A DNA stretch of 64,000 nt, taken from positions 1,316 to 65,315 of the forward strand of contig CAKZKT010000104.1 in assembly GCA_937124585.1 (NCBI GenBank). The letters run 5' to 3'. Shown one piece after another: positions 1 to 8,547 of this stretch. A program made the translations under genes and the position numbers. Source of the stretch: an uncultured Anaerolineae bacterium (GTDB lineage: Bacteria > Chloroflexota > Anaerolineae > CG2-30-64-16). Every line of letters starts with the position of its first letter. Positions within the stretch are counted from its first letter, which is position 1. The notes below the pieces were generated by a model. That model did no database searches. It was not told where the DNA came from and saw nothing but the letters and a program-made list of their open reading frames with translations.

Positions 1-212
1 AGATCGAGCATGGCGCCGGAGCGGGCCATTGCCTCGGTCAGATCGGCGGTTTCCTGTGGCGTCATGCCGCGGAAGAAGATCGCCATGCAGAGGGCCGCTG
101 CCTGGTAATCCGGCACGTCGCCGCTGACATAGCCCTGTACGAAGAACTCGATCTCCGCGCGAGAGAGCGCGTTGCCGTCTCGCTTCTTGGTGATGATATC
201 CACGATGCGCAT
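1..212 (-). CDS. pdp: pyrimidine-nucleoside (thymidine) phosphorylase, N-terminal fragment; the gene continues beyond the window start
   Basis: Reverse-complement translation from the ATG at 212 gives [71 protein letters not shown]. This is the conserved N-terminus of Pdp/DeoA-type phosphorylases (..KKRDG..L...EI.FF..GY..G..PDYQ..A..MAI.F.GM...E...LT.AM..SG..). Confidence 0.65.
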   Translation of the reverse strand, partial: MRIVDIITKKRDGNALSRAEIEFFVQGYVSGDVPDYQAAALCMAIFFRGMTPQETADLTEAMARSGAMLD

Positions 213-237
213 GCGAACCTCGGTATACGATGAGCTC

Positions 238-909
238 CTACGATGGCCGCAACATTTCGGCGCACGCGTAGACCGCGCCGACCAGGAAGCTGCCCGCGTT
301 CACCCAAAAGCCCCAGCCCAGCGGCAGCGTCTGGCGGTAGAGCGCCTCGATGCCGGGATGAACCTGCAGAAAGCCCCACGTCGGCACAAGCGCCGCCGCC
401 AGGTCGAGCAGGGCGATCAGCGCCAGGATGAGCCGTGCGGGCAGATAACGGGTGAGCAGCACGCCCGGCACAAGCAGCCAGCAGACCAGAATGGCGATGA
501 CCTGCACCCGAAACTCCGGCAGCTGGAGCACAGCTGGACTCCACGCCGGCGGCAACATGGCCGCCGCGCAGGGAATGCTCGCCAGAGCCAGCAGCGTGCG
601 CAGCCACACCGGCAATGCCCCGCGGCGGCCGGCGATCAACGCAGCGCTGACGCTGGCCGCGCAGAGGGGCAGATAGAAGAGCTCGCGGCGAAACACTACC
701 CGGCCCGCCATCACGTCGGGCAAAAACTTGACATATTCTGCCAGATCGAGACCGATGACCGTCAGGCCGGCCGCTTTGTGCGGGACCCATGGCCCGTAGT
801 AGCCGATCAGGCCGATGATGGCGGCCAGGATCAGCAGGAGCCAGCGTCGCCTGGCGCGGCGTGCTTGCCGGTGTGCCTGGAGATAGGAAGAGTTCATGGA
901 AAACCTCAC
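238..909 (-). CDS. hypothetical polytopic membrane protein
   Basis: 223-aa ORF with several hydrophobic TM-like segments. It shares the strand with GT4 and pdp; its start overlaps the GT4 stop (ATGA). The alternative overlapping ORFs 62..982(-) and 172..927(+) are Arg/Pro/Gln-rich, typical of wrong-frame translation. Confidence 0.45.
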   Translation of the reverse strand: MRFSMNSSYLQAHRQARRARRRWLLLILAAIIGLIGYYGPWVPHKAAGLTVIGLDLAEYVKFLPDVMAGRVVFRRELFYLPLCAASVSAALIAGRRGALPVWLRTLLALASIPCAAAMLPPAWSPAVLQLPEFRVQVIAILVCWLLVPGVLLTRYLPARLILALIALLDLAAALVPTWGFLQVHPGIEALYRQTLPLGWGFWVNAGSFLVGAVYACAEMLRPS

Positions 910-2030
910 GCAACTGCCGCCCGGTAGGCTTCCAACGCCGCACGCGCCGAATTGTGCCAGGTGAAACGTCGGGCCTGAGCATACCCGCGCGCGATCATGG
1001 CGTGACGCAATGTGCTGTCCTCGATGACCTCAGCCATCGCCTGAGCCAACATGTCCGTGTCCTCAGCGCGGATCAGCCGCGCCGCGTCGCCGGCCACTTC
1101 TGGCAAGCTGGAATTGTCGCTCGTGACGACGGGCGTGCCACAGGCCATCGCTTCGAGCACAGGGATGCCGAAGCCTTCGTAGCGAGACGGATAGGCAAAG
1201 AGATCGGCCAACGTGTAAAGCGCCGGCAGGTCGGCGTCGGCCACGAAGCCGAGAAAGCGCACACTATCGGCCAGTTGATCGCGTTCGACCTGTCGGTAAA
1301 TCTCCTCGTAGAGCCAGCCCGGCCGGCCGGCGATCACCAGGGCGTGGGGCAGCGCGCGGGCACGGCGCAGCCGGCCATAGGCGCGGATCAGCCCGGCGAA
1401 ATTCTTGCGCGGCTCAAGCGTCCCCACGCTCAGGATGAACCGCTCTGGCAGCCCGTAGCGTTGTCGCACCGCCGCGAGACGCACTGCGTCGGTCTCGCGG
1501 CGAAAATGCGGCTCGACACCCGGCGTCACGACGTTGATCTTTGTGGCCGGCACATCGAGCAGCGCAATCAGGTCGCGGCGGGTGTTTTCGGAGTCGGCGA
1601 GGACACGGGTGGCGCGTGCTACCGCCGCAGGAGTCGCGCGCTCGAGGAAGGCGCGCAGTCCGGGATCAGCGCAGTCTGGGACGCGCAGGAACGAGAGATC
1701 GTGAATCGTGACGATGCCTCGCGCGCGACGCAGGGGCGGCAGCGTGAAATCGGGCGCATGATAGAGGTCGCACGCTCCGGTCAGCAGGTCGGCCGCCAGC
1801 GGCAGATGCAGGCGATGCCAGGCGATGGTCAGCCAGCGCGCCGGGAGGGGGCTTCGCTGCCAGGTGAAGTTCGCCGGCCAGCGCGCTGACGCCGGAGTAG
1901 GTGCGGCGCAGAACAGGACATAACGATTGATCGTGTCCATCTCGGCCAGCGCTGCGACCAGCCCGCGCGTGTAGCGGCCGATGCCGGCGCCCTGCGTCAC
2001 GGCAGGGGTATAATCAATCGCGATTCTCAA
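906..2030 (-). CDS. glycosyltransferase family 4 (GT-B, retaining)
   Basis: 374 aa. The C-terminal motif EGFGIPVLEAMACGTPVV..D..S.PEV.GDAA and the overall GT4 architecture are present. Confidence 0.85.
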   Translation of the reverse strand: MRIAIDYTPAVTQGAGIGRYTRGLVAALAEMDTINRYVLFCAAPTPASARWPANFTWQRSPLPARWLTIAWHRLHLPLAADLLTGACDLYHAPDFTLPPLRRARGIVTIHDLSFLRVPDCADPGLRAFLERATPAAVARATRVLADSENTRRDLIALLDVPATKINVVTPGVEPHFRRETDAVRLAAVRQRYGLPERFILSVGTLEPRKNFAGLIRAYGRLRRARALPHALVIAGRPGWLYEEIYRQVERDQLADSVRFLGFVADADLPALYTLADLFAYPSRYEGFGIPVLEAMACGTPVVTSDNSSLPEVAGDAARLIRAEDTDMLAQAMAEVIEDSTLRHAMIARGYAQARRFTWHNSARAALEAYRAAVA

Positions 2031-2051
2031 ACCGGCGCCTCCCTCCGGCGC

Positions 2052-2633
2052 TCACTGGATGCCGCGATAGGTCCACGCCCGATTTACAAAATAGTTCCAG
2101 AATAGCACAATGCCGATGGCGATCACCTTGGCGGCCAGGTATGCCGGCGGATCAGGCAACATCAGGGCAAAGATCGGATGCAAGCCGAGCACGACAACCT
2201 CGTTGATGCCCAGGCCGATGACGTTGACGATGGCGAACTGAACCATCTGGCTGCCGATGGGACGCTGGCGGCTCTCCGGAAAGGTCCACAGCCGGTTCCA
2301 GGTGAAGTTGCTCAGCACAGCCACAGTGAAGCCGAGCCCGATGGCGACCTCCAGAGGCAGGCGCAATATCTCTCGGCAGAACGTGAGCACCGACAGGTCA
2401 ACGAGCATGCCGAAGGCGCCCACGGTGGCGAATTTCAGAAAGCGCGTGAATTCTTTGGGCCGTTGTGCCAGCCCCAGCCGGTTGATGATCGGCAGTCGGG
2501 CAAACCACTCCAACAGGGGCGGCAGCTCCGAGCTGGCAGTGATGCCGGAATCGGTCAAGACCATAACTCCGCAGAATGGATGCATGTGCCTCATGGCAGA
2601 TGCTTGCGTTTTTACAGCCCTCGCCAGGTCCAC
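2052..2633 (-). CDS. GtrA-family membrane protein (polysaccharide-synthesis associated); the true start is probably internal (Met at 2594 or 2564)
   Basis: RFLKFATVGAFG...FTWNRLWTFPES... is the GtrA signature with 4 TM helices. The full ORF would overlap the upstream GtrA paralog by 22 nt, so a later start is likely. Confidence 0.7.
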   Translation of the reverse strand: MDLARAVKTQASAMRHMHPFCGVMVLTDSGITASSELPPLLEWFARLPIINRLGLAQRPKEFTRFLKFATVGAFGMLVDLSVLTFCREILRLPLEVAIGLGFTVAVLSNFTWNRLWTFPESRQRPIGSQMVQFAIVNVIGLGINEVVVLGLHPIFALMLPDPPAYLAAKVIAIGIVLFWNYFVNRAWTYRGIQ

Positions 2634-3067
2634 AGGCGATTGACGCTGAAATTCCAGAAGAGCCCCACGCCGCTGGCGGTTGCCTTGGCCAGATTCCAGG
2701 CAAAGGTCGCCGGCAACAGGTATCGCCAGACGAGCGCGTGGCTGCTCAGGAAGACGATTTCATTGATCGCGTACCCGATCAGACTGACCGTGAAGAACTG
2801 TGCCAGTTGCCGGCTAACTAATCGTTGCCGGCTCTCTGGGACAGTCCACAGCCGGTTGAATGTAAAAGTGTTCAGCACAGCGATCGAAAATGAACATGTG
2901 TTGGCAAGCCAGGCCGGAAAATGGGCCACGAACATGAGAAAGTTGAGCACACTGAAGTCAACGATAAAACCCCACGTCCCCACCACAGAGAATTTCAGAA
3001 AACGGTCGAGCTCGCGTCGTCCCCGGGGGGTGCGCAGCCCGTGCAAACAAGCGGTCAAAAAAGTCAA
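2612..3067 (-). CDS. GtrA-family membrane protein (second tandem paralog)
   Basis: RFLKFSVVGTWGF...FTFNRLWTVPESRQR... has the same signature as the downstream paralog. Its start overlaps the stop of the O-antigen-ligase-like gene. Confidence 0.75.
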   Translation of the reverse strand: MTFLTACLHGLRTPRGRRELDRFLKFSVVGTWGFIVDFSVLNFLMFVAHFPAWLANTCSFSIAVLNTFTFNRLWTVPESRQRLVSRQLAQFFTVSLIGYAINEIVFLSSHALVWRYLLPATFAWNLAKATASGVGLFWNFSVNRLWTWRGL

Positions 3068-4587
3068 CAGGTTACCTCACGACGATCGGTGTTGGCAACA
3101 CATGCCAGAAGCAGCGCGAGCTGGAGCTGCATGTGTTGCACGAATAGATTATCGAAAATGCTGTGCGCGGTCAGATAGATCAAGCTGCCGAGCACGCCGA
3201 TGGCCAGCGCCTGCATCGTCGGGTGGCCGGTGGCATTTCGTCTCGCCCGCTGCCAGCACAGACGCCAGGCGCCTGCCCAGAACAGCACAAAGGCGCCCAG
3301 CCCCGCGATCCCCGTCTCTGCCAGGAAGTTGATAAAGACATTATGGGCATGGCCAAGCGGCTCATACCAGTGGGGCGGCGCATAATCCGGATATGCCGCC
3401 GCATAATTGCCGATTCCCACGCCGAGCCATGGATGATCTGCAAACATTGCCAGCCCGACCTGCCAGTGCGCCAGACGCTCCAACACTGCGAAATTCTCAT
3501 CCGTGATCTCGGTGCGCGTCGGATCAGGGCCGATCAGGTAATCGCCGAGATCGTGCAGGCGTCCGGCGATCGGGCCGGGCAACGGACCGCCCAGCCCGAT
3601 GTAGGCCGCGCCGATGCCGACCAGCACCAGTATCACCGCGGCCGTGCGGCGGCCGCGCAGGCCGATGACCGCCGTCCAGGCCGCGACCAACGCCATCCAG
3701 CCGCCGCGTGACCAGCTCATGCCGATGCCGGCTGCCAGCGAGAGCGCCACGGCGCCGTAGCCCAATCCCGCCTTCAGATCGCGCGGGCGTCGGCCCTCGC
3801 CCCAGCGCCAGAACGCGGCGACCGCCAGGCTGGCGGCCACGGGCGCCAGGTAGCCCAGATAGCCCGCATAGGGATTGGGCTGACGAAACGTCCCGTGGGC
3901 GCGCAAATAGCCGCCCGCCAGGGCAAAGGCCGGCGGGCCGACTTGTCCCCAGAACTGATACGCGCCCAGCGCGGCCTGTATCATGCCGGCGGCCAGCAGA
4001 GCCCCGATGACCCAGCCGATCTGTAGACGCGTCCTCAGCAGCTGCGTTGCCACCCCGTAGAGCAGGGCGAATTCCACCCATTTGAGCCATTCGGCCGCGC
4101 CTTCGCTCCAGGAACGGGCCTGCGTCAGACTGAGCGCCAGCATCCACACCAGCACGGCCAGAGCTACCGCAAGCGGCGGCCGGCGAAATCGGATCTCTCG
4201 CGTGGCGATTTGACCGGCGGCCCAGCCGGCGATCACGGCCAACACGAGCAGGTCCACGCCGTTCACCCCTGGCGCGGGAATGGGAATCGTGTTGCCGAAG
4301 GGGATCAGCAGCGCGATGGCCGCCAGCCCCGCGGTCGGGCGCACGGCAATGACGGTTGCCAGGCCCGCCGTCCCGAGCAGCGCCGTGGCCCATTGCAGCG
4401 GCATGAAGCTGATGACGGCGGCGACAAGGGCCAGACTTGCCAGCTCTCGCGCGACGATAGGGAATCGCCGGCGCCGATCGCCGCGAAAGATCATCAGCGT
4501 TCCCGGGGCCATGGCCGTGTATCCCTTTCGACTTCCCGCCATTCGATCGTTTCGCCCATTTGCCGCGCTTAAGTCATCATACGGCAA
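3064..4587 (-). CDS. O-antigen ligase / Wzy-like polymerase family membrane protein (the start may be the Met at 4512)
   Basis: More than 10 TM segments. The Wzy_C-like motif ...GMSWSRGGWMALVAAWTAVIGL is present. It is followed by a large periplasmic-loop region. Confidence 0.6.
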   Translation of the reverse strand: MPYDDLSAANGRNDRMAGSRKGYTAMAPGTLMIFRGDRRRRFPIVARELASLALVAAVISFMPLQWATALLGTAGLATVIAVRPTAGLAAIALLIPFGNTIPIPAPGVNGVDLLVLAVIAGWAAGQIATREIRFRRPPLAVALAVLVWMLALSLTQARSWSEGAAEWLKWVEFALLYGVATQLLRTRLQIGWVIGALLAAGMIQAALGAYQFWGQVGPPAFALAGGYLRAHGTFRQPNPYAGYLGYLAPVAASLAVAAFWRWGEGRRPRDLKAGLGYGAVALSLAAGIGMSWSRGGWMALVAAWTAVIGLRGRRTAAVILVLVGIGAAYIGLGGPLPGPIAGRLHDLGDYLIGPDPTRTEITDENFAVLERLAHWQVGLAMFADHPWLGVGIGNYAAAYPDYAPPHWYEPLGHAHNVFINFLAETGIAGLGAFVLFWAGAWRLCWQRARRNATGHPTMQALAIGVLGSLIYLTAHSIFDNLFVQHMQLQLALLLACVANTDRREVTC

Positions 4588-4597
4588 AGCCTGTTCC

Positions 4598-4625
4598 TTG
4601 TCAATTAAGACGCCTGTGGTATACT
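4598..4625 (+). promoter_or_regulatory. sigma-70-type promoter for the dsbA-like gene
   Basis: TTGTCA-16 nt-TATACT with an extended TGn motif, about 65 nt upstream of the ATG at 4694. The region is divergent from the envelope-glycosylation operon. Confidence 0.5.
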
Positions 4626-4693
4626 ATCGTTCATTATCAGCGGGCCGGCGCGCGTCGCGGCCGCGCTGGATCGTGTGGCGAGAGGAGTAGAGG

Positions 4694-5416
4694 ATGCCAA
4701 AGCGTGTACAGATGCCGAAATCGGTCGGCGCGACCGTCGCCCGGCCGCGGCCGGCGGCCCGCAAGCAGGCCGGCTCGCCGGTCGTTCTTTGGGCGGTGAT
4801 TGGGGCTGTGGTGTTGATCTTGGTCGCTGTGATTTTGTTGCAGATGCAAGCCATGAACCGGCCTGTCCAGACCAGCGGTGTGATCAGTGCGGGGATGGGA
4901 TGGGGGCCTGAGGACGCGCCGGTGAAAATCATCGAGTATTCCGACTTCGGCTGCACATATTGCCGGCTTTTTGCGTTGACCGCCGGCAAGTTGCTGCGCC
5001 AGGAGTACGAGGCGACCGGGAAAGTGCGCTTCGAGTACCGGAGCTTCATTATCGAGGGTGCAAGCACCCGTGAGGCGGCCAATGCAGCCTACTGTGCGGC
5101 CGATCAGGGGCGCTTCTGGGATTACGCCGAAGTGCTCTTCAATCGTTCTGGCACAGGTCCGGTTCAGACTGTGTTCAGCCGGGCTGCCCTCAAGGACTAC
5201 GGCACGCAGATCGGTCTCGATATGGGCAAGTTCGGCCGTTGCGTGGAAAGCGGCCAGTTCATCCCAGAGGTGCAGAACCAGCACGCCGAGGCCGCGCGGT
5301 TGGGCGTTCAGGCGACCCCGACCTTCTTTATCAACGGCAGCAAGGTCGAGGGCGCGGTGCCCTATGAGGAGTTCAAGGCGATGATAGAGGCCGTGCTGCG
5401 CTCGGCAGGCTCATAG
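4694..5416 (+). CDS. DsbA-family thiol:disulfide oxidoreductase with an N-terminal membrane anchor
   Basis: An N-terminal TM helix is followed by a thioredoxin fold with CTYC active site (SDFGCTYCR). Confidence 0.8.
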   Translation: MPKRVQMPKSVGATVARPRPAARKQAGSPVVLWAVIGAVVLILVAVILLQMQAMNRPVQTSGVISAGMGWGPEDAPVKIIEYSDFGCTYCRLFALTAGKLLRQEYEATGKVRFEYRSFIIEGASTREAANAAYCAADQGRFWDYAEVLFNRSGTGPVQTVFSRAALKDYGTQIGLDMGKFGRCVESGQFIPEVQNQHAEAARLGVQATPTFFINGSKVEGAVPYEEFKAMIEAVLRSAGS

Positions 5417-5453
5417 GCCGGCGCGGACATAGGATGACGCCTGGGTGGACATT

Positions 5454-5493
5454 GGCGGCGACATTTGTCGCCGCCAATATTTTGTGTGTTTTT
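5454..5493 (+). terminator. Rho-independent terminator of the dsbA-like gene
   Basis: Perfect hairpin GGCGGCGACATTTGTCGCCGCC followed by AATATTTTGTGTGTTTTT. Confidence 0.7.
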
Positions 5494-5494
5494 G

Positions 5495-5580
5495 ATGATT
5501 ACTTCGTGTAGTCAATACACTACAATAACAACCCCCAAAAAACAACAAAAACACCCAAAAAACTATGCGAAAAACAGCGC
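5495..5580 (+). repeat. A/C-rich low-GC intergenic element, copy A (promoter-like TTACTT-16-TACAAT followed by an ~55-nt C/A-rich tract and CTATGCGAA); homologous to the inverted copy at 24556-24640
   Basis: By-eye alignment to the reverse complement of 24556-24640 (TTCGTGTAG[T/C]CAATA[C/T]ACTACA, then CCCAAAAA/ACAACA repeats, then CTA[T/C]GCGAA). The region is markedly AT-rich in a GC-rich genome. Confidence 0.5.
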
Positions 5581-5598
5581 GAAGGACTGCGCTTCATC

Positions 5599-5633
5599 GG
5601 CCTGCCAGATGCCCTTTCGGACATCCGGCAGGC
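5599..5633. terminator. symmetric hairpin between copy A and the mtnP stop; likely the mtnP terminator (U-rich tract on the minus strand)
   Basis: GGCCTGCCAGATG-loop-CATCCGGCAGGC. On the minus strand it is followed by a GU-rich run containing TTTTT. Confidence 0.45.
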
Positions 5634-5661
5634 TTCTATCCCGGCGCGGTTTCAACAGTTT

Positions 5662-6543
5662 TTATTGGAAATATTTGCCGATCAACAAATCAAGTCGCGC
5701 CCGCAGGGCAGGGGGGATCACAGCGGAATTGGTGATGATCGCATCGCGCAGGGCATCGGCATATGGAGTAGGGGGCGCGTCGCGCAGGGCACGAACCGCG
5801 TTGACGACGGCGTTCCTGGCGACGTCCGCATTGGCGAGCAACTGTCGCACGACCATTTCCACCGTAACCGGTGATTCCGTCTCGTGCCACACATCGTAAT
5901 CGGTCACATGGGCCATGGTCGCATAGCTCATGCCGGCTTCCCGAGCCAGAAAGACCTCGGGAACGGCGGTCATGCCCACGATCGCAAAGCCCATCTGCTG
6001 AAAGAACCGGCTTTCGGCTTTGGTGCTGAAACGCGGCCCCTCGATCGTGACAAAAACGCCCCCGCGGTGCACCGTGTGGCCGGTCTGCTCCACGCTCTGC
6101 GCCACAAGTTCGCTCAAATACGCGCAGAATGGCTCGGCGACCGAGACGTGCACGACCAGGCCATCCGTGCCCACCGTCGGATCATCAAAGAAACTCAGTG
6201 GGCGCAGCCGTGTGCGGTCGAAAACCTGATCGGGCACTACGATGTCGCCGGGTTTGTAGGCCGGCTGCAGGCTGCCGCACGCGCTGATCGAGATCAGATA
6301 CTCGACACCGAGCATCTTGAAGCCGTAGATGTTCGCCCGGCTGTTGAGCTGCGTGGGGCTGATCCGGTGGCCGCGGCCGTGACGCGGCAAAAAAGCGACC
6401 GGCTGCCCGCCGATCCGCCCGACGATGTAGGCGTCAGACGGCGCACCGAACGGCGTCTCGAGCCGCACCTCCTGCACGTCGGTGAGCTGGCTCATATCGT
6501 AGATGCCGCTGCCTCCGATGACTCCGATGCGGATTTTATCCAT
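5662..6543 (-). CDS. mtnP: S-methyl-5'-thioadenosine phosphorylase
   Basis: 293 aa, MDKIRIGVIGGSG... PNP/MTAP family with the characteristic phosphate- and purine-binding segments (GVIGGSG, ...MTxxPE...). Confidence 0.85.
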   Translation of the reverse strand: MDKIRIGVIGGSGIYDMSQLTDVQEVRLETPFGAPSDAYIVGRIGGQPVAFLPRHGRGHRISPTQLNSRANIYGFKMLGVEYLISISACGSLQPAYKPGDIVVPDQVFDRTRLRPLSFFDDPTVGTDGLVVHVSVAEPFCAYLSELVAQSVEQTGHTVHRGGVFVTIEGPRFSTKAESRFFQQMGFAIVGMTAVPEVFLAREAGMSYATMAHVTDYDVWHETESPVTVEMVVRQLLANADVARNAVVNAVRALRDAPPTPYADALRDAIITNSAVIPPALRARLDLLIGKYFQ

Positions 6544-6581
6544 GTCTCCGTTTCTCCCTCACGTGTATGGGGTCTTTGGGA

Positions 6582-7505
6582 TTACCAGGCGACGCCAGGA
6601 CATGTGTTGACCCCGGCGTGAACGCCCAGCCTTTTGATCATGCGCACGCGATCCCATCGTTCGCCGAGAATGTCATCGTGAATGGCCCAGGAACGGCCTC
6701 GCACCGTGTCGGCGAGCTCGGGTTGACGGAAAGGAGAAGAGCCATCCAGCCGCGCGCGCAACGGCCCTCCGATCGCAAAGCCAGCGTGGATCTCCTCCAT
6801 GTACGCCTGCCCGAGCAGATAGCCGAAGCCGGCGCGCTCGAAAAGCACAGCCGTGTGGTAGTATAACGGCTGCACGATGTAGCTCGTGTGGCCCAGACAC
6901 AACATGAAAGTTTCCATGTGCTCGACGGCGCGATTGAAGTCGCCGAGGCCACGACGTATCTGACCCGGGGCCAGTCCGTGCGCCAAAGCGGCTGCCTCGG
7001 CGGCCAGATGACGACGGGCAGTGCCGCGCCATGTTGGCGTGCCGTCAGGCATGACATCGGTATCAAAACGGGGCGCGAACGGATCTTGCAGCGTCAGCCA
7101 CAGCGCCTCAAGCTGGTTATGTTGTGTGTCGCACAGCTCGATCTCCATGAACGCATCTCGCGCATCGCCTGCATGTCGCACTTCCAGGCGCATGCTGCGG
7201 GCTGCGGGATCGAAGATCGTCTGCATCACGCTGCGGCCCTGCGAGTCGGTCAGAGTGATCGGGGCTATGCCGAACCGGACGAGATAATTGACGGGCAACA
7301 ACACGCGAAAGAGAAGGCTCTGGCGCTGCGGATCCCAGTCCATCACCTCGCGCAGCGTGATGGGGCGGGTGCTTTCCCGGCCCCAGGCCGAGCCATCGCG
7401 CCGCTCAGCGACGCCGGCGTTCGACGACGCCAGCGTCGCATGATCGCCGGCGCAGACGGCGGCTTTGATGCTGAAACTCCCCGAAAGATCGGCGATCGTG
7501 CCCAT
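6582..7505 (-). CDS. hypothetical protein (no family recognised)
   Basis: 307-aa ORF in the correct frame and context, between the inositol-monophosphatase-family gene and mtnP on the same strand. Composition is not Arg/Pro-skewed. No motif recognised by eye. Confidence 0.4.
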   Translation of the reverse strand: MGTIADLSGSFSIKAAVCAGDHATLASSNAGVAERRDGSAWGRESTRPITLREVMDWDPQRQSLLFRVLLPVNYLVRFGIAPITLTDSQGRSVMQTIFDPAARSMRLEVRHAGDARDAFMEIELCDTQHNQLEALWLTLQDPFAPRFDTDVMPDGTPTWRGTARRHLAAEAAALAHGLAPGQIRRGLGDFNRAVEHMETFMLCLGHTSYIVQPLYYHTAVLFERAGFGYLLGQAYMEEIHAGFAIGGPLRARLDGSSPFRQPELADTVRGRSWAIHDDILGERWDRVRMIKRLGVHAGVNTCPGVAW

Positions 7506-7522
7506 CGTCAGATTGATCCGTG

Positions 7523-8434
7523 TTACTGAAAGCCGAAGTCCGGCTCGACGCCCGCCTCATCGAGGACTTGGCCGACGGCCTCGACGAGATGCGGATGAGC
7601 CGGCCCGTTGCTGGCCAACAGGCCAAAACGACGCACCACATCGGGCTGATTGTAGCGCAGGGGCCGATCCCAGCAATCGGTCATCCGGCCACCGGCTTCG
7701 CGCAGGATGATCTCCGGTGCGCAGGTATCCCATTCGCGAGTGCCCGGATTGGGATGCACGTAGCAGTCGGCCTGGCGTCTGACGATCAGGCCGATCTTCA
7801 GGCCCACGCTGCCGACGCTGCGCACCTTTTGGATGCCCGCGCGCGTGATGATGGCGTCAACCAGGGGCGCGCGATGCGAACGGCTGACCACCATGCGCAG
7901 CCGTTTCGGGGTGGCTTCTTTGGACACGCGCAGCGGAAACCGCTCGCCGAACTCTTCGATGAAGCCACCCGATCCCAGCGCGGCTGCGTAGAGAACGTCG
8001 TCAATGGGCTGATAAACGACGCCGACTATTGGCTCGTGATCCAGTGCCAGGCCGATCATGATGCAAAATTCGCCGTTGCGGGCGATGAACTCCAGCGTGC
8101 CGTCCAGCGGATCAATGATCCAAACGCGACGTTTGCTCAGTCGGGCAGGGTCGTCTTTGGATTCTTCGGCCAGGATGCCATCAGCAGGGTAGGCCTGGCC
8201 GAGCTGTTTGACCAGGTAGGCATTGACGGCGCGGTCAGCCTCGGTCACCGGTTCGGTCGGGTCTTTCCACCGGATATTCGGCGATACCTGGTAGAATGTC
8301 TTGACGATTTGGCCGGCCTCGCGCGCCAGGCGCGTGGCCAGGGCCAGCTCCTCTGTGAAGGAGCCGATTGTGGGAAAAGGCAATCCGCCGATACTCGTGC
8401 TCAAATCGTCTCTCTGTGGCATGAATTGGCTCAT
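7523..8434 (-). CDS. inositol monophosphatase family protein (IMPase / CysQ / HisN-like)
   Basis: WIIDPLDGT metal-binding motif plus ...EE..DP.. The start ATG at 8434 (MSQFMPQ) sits behind a good promoter (8484-8512). The longer ORF back to 8548 runs into the tmRNA terminator and is unlikely. Confidence 0.75.
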   Translation of the reverse strand: MSQFMPQRDDLSTSIGGLPFPTIGSFTEELALATRLAREAGQIVKTFYQVSPNIRWKDPTEPVTEADRAVNAYLVKQLGQAYPADGILAEESKDDPARLSKRRVWIIDPLDGTLEFIARNGEFCIMIGLALDHEPIVGVVYQPIDDVLYAAALGSGGFIEEFGERFPLRVSKEATPKRLRMVVSRSHRAPLVDAIITRAGIQKVRSVGSVGLKIGLIVRRQADCYVHPNPGTREWDTCAPEIILREAGGRMTDCWDRPLRYNQPDVVRRFGLLASNGPAHPHLVEAVGQVLDEAGVEPDFGFQ

Positions 8435-8461
8435 CCGGCCGGCACATGTGCCGGCCGGATG
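8432..8461. promoter_or_regulatory. perfect 15-bp-arm palindrome overlapping the IMPase-family start codon (leader hairpin or operator)
   Basis: CATCCGGCCGGCACA|TGTGCCGGCCGGATG. On the minus strand the 3' arm ends in the ATG start codon of the IMPase-family gene. Confidence 0.4.
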
Positions 8462-8483
8462 AGCGGTTCTGCGGGCGGCAAGA

Positions 8484-8512
8484 TCATAACATGGGGATGC
8501 GGATTTCGTCAA
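8484..8512 (-). promoter_or_regulatory. sigma-70-type promoter of the IMPase-family operon
   Basis: Minus strand: TTGACG-17 nt-TTATGA, about 45 nt upstream of the start codon. Confidence 0.45.
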
Positions 8513-8547
8513 TGCGGCCGCGACCGGTGCTGTTGCTCTCGCCGGCA

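Noticed and set aside
62-982. 306-aa minus-strand ORF and 251-aa plus-strand ORF (172..927) overlapping the membrane-protein and pdp genes
   Set aside because: The translations are Arg/Pro/Gly/Gln-rich low-complexity strings typical of wrong-frame ORFs in high-GC DNA. The in-frame pdp N-terminus and the 238..909 membrane protein explain the region.
3524-4393. 289-aa Arg/Gly-rich ORF inside the O-antigen-ligase-like gene
   Set aside because: It is a same-strand alternative frame with extreme R/G/P composition and no hydrophobic or conserved motifs.
5465-5899. 144-aa ORF spanning the A/C-rich intergenic element and running into mtnP
   Set aside because: It crosses a terminator hairpin and the 3' end of mtnP on the opposite strand. 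The composition (poly-Q/K from the A/C-rich DNA) is an artefact of the repeat.
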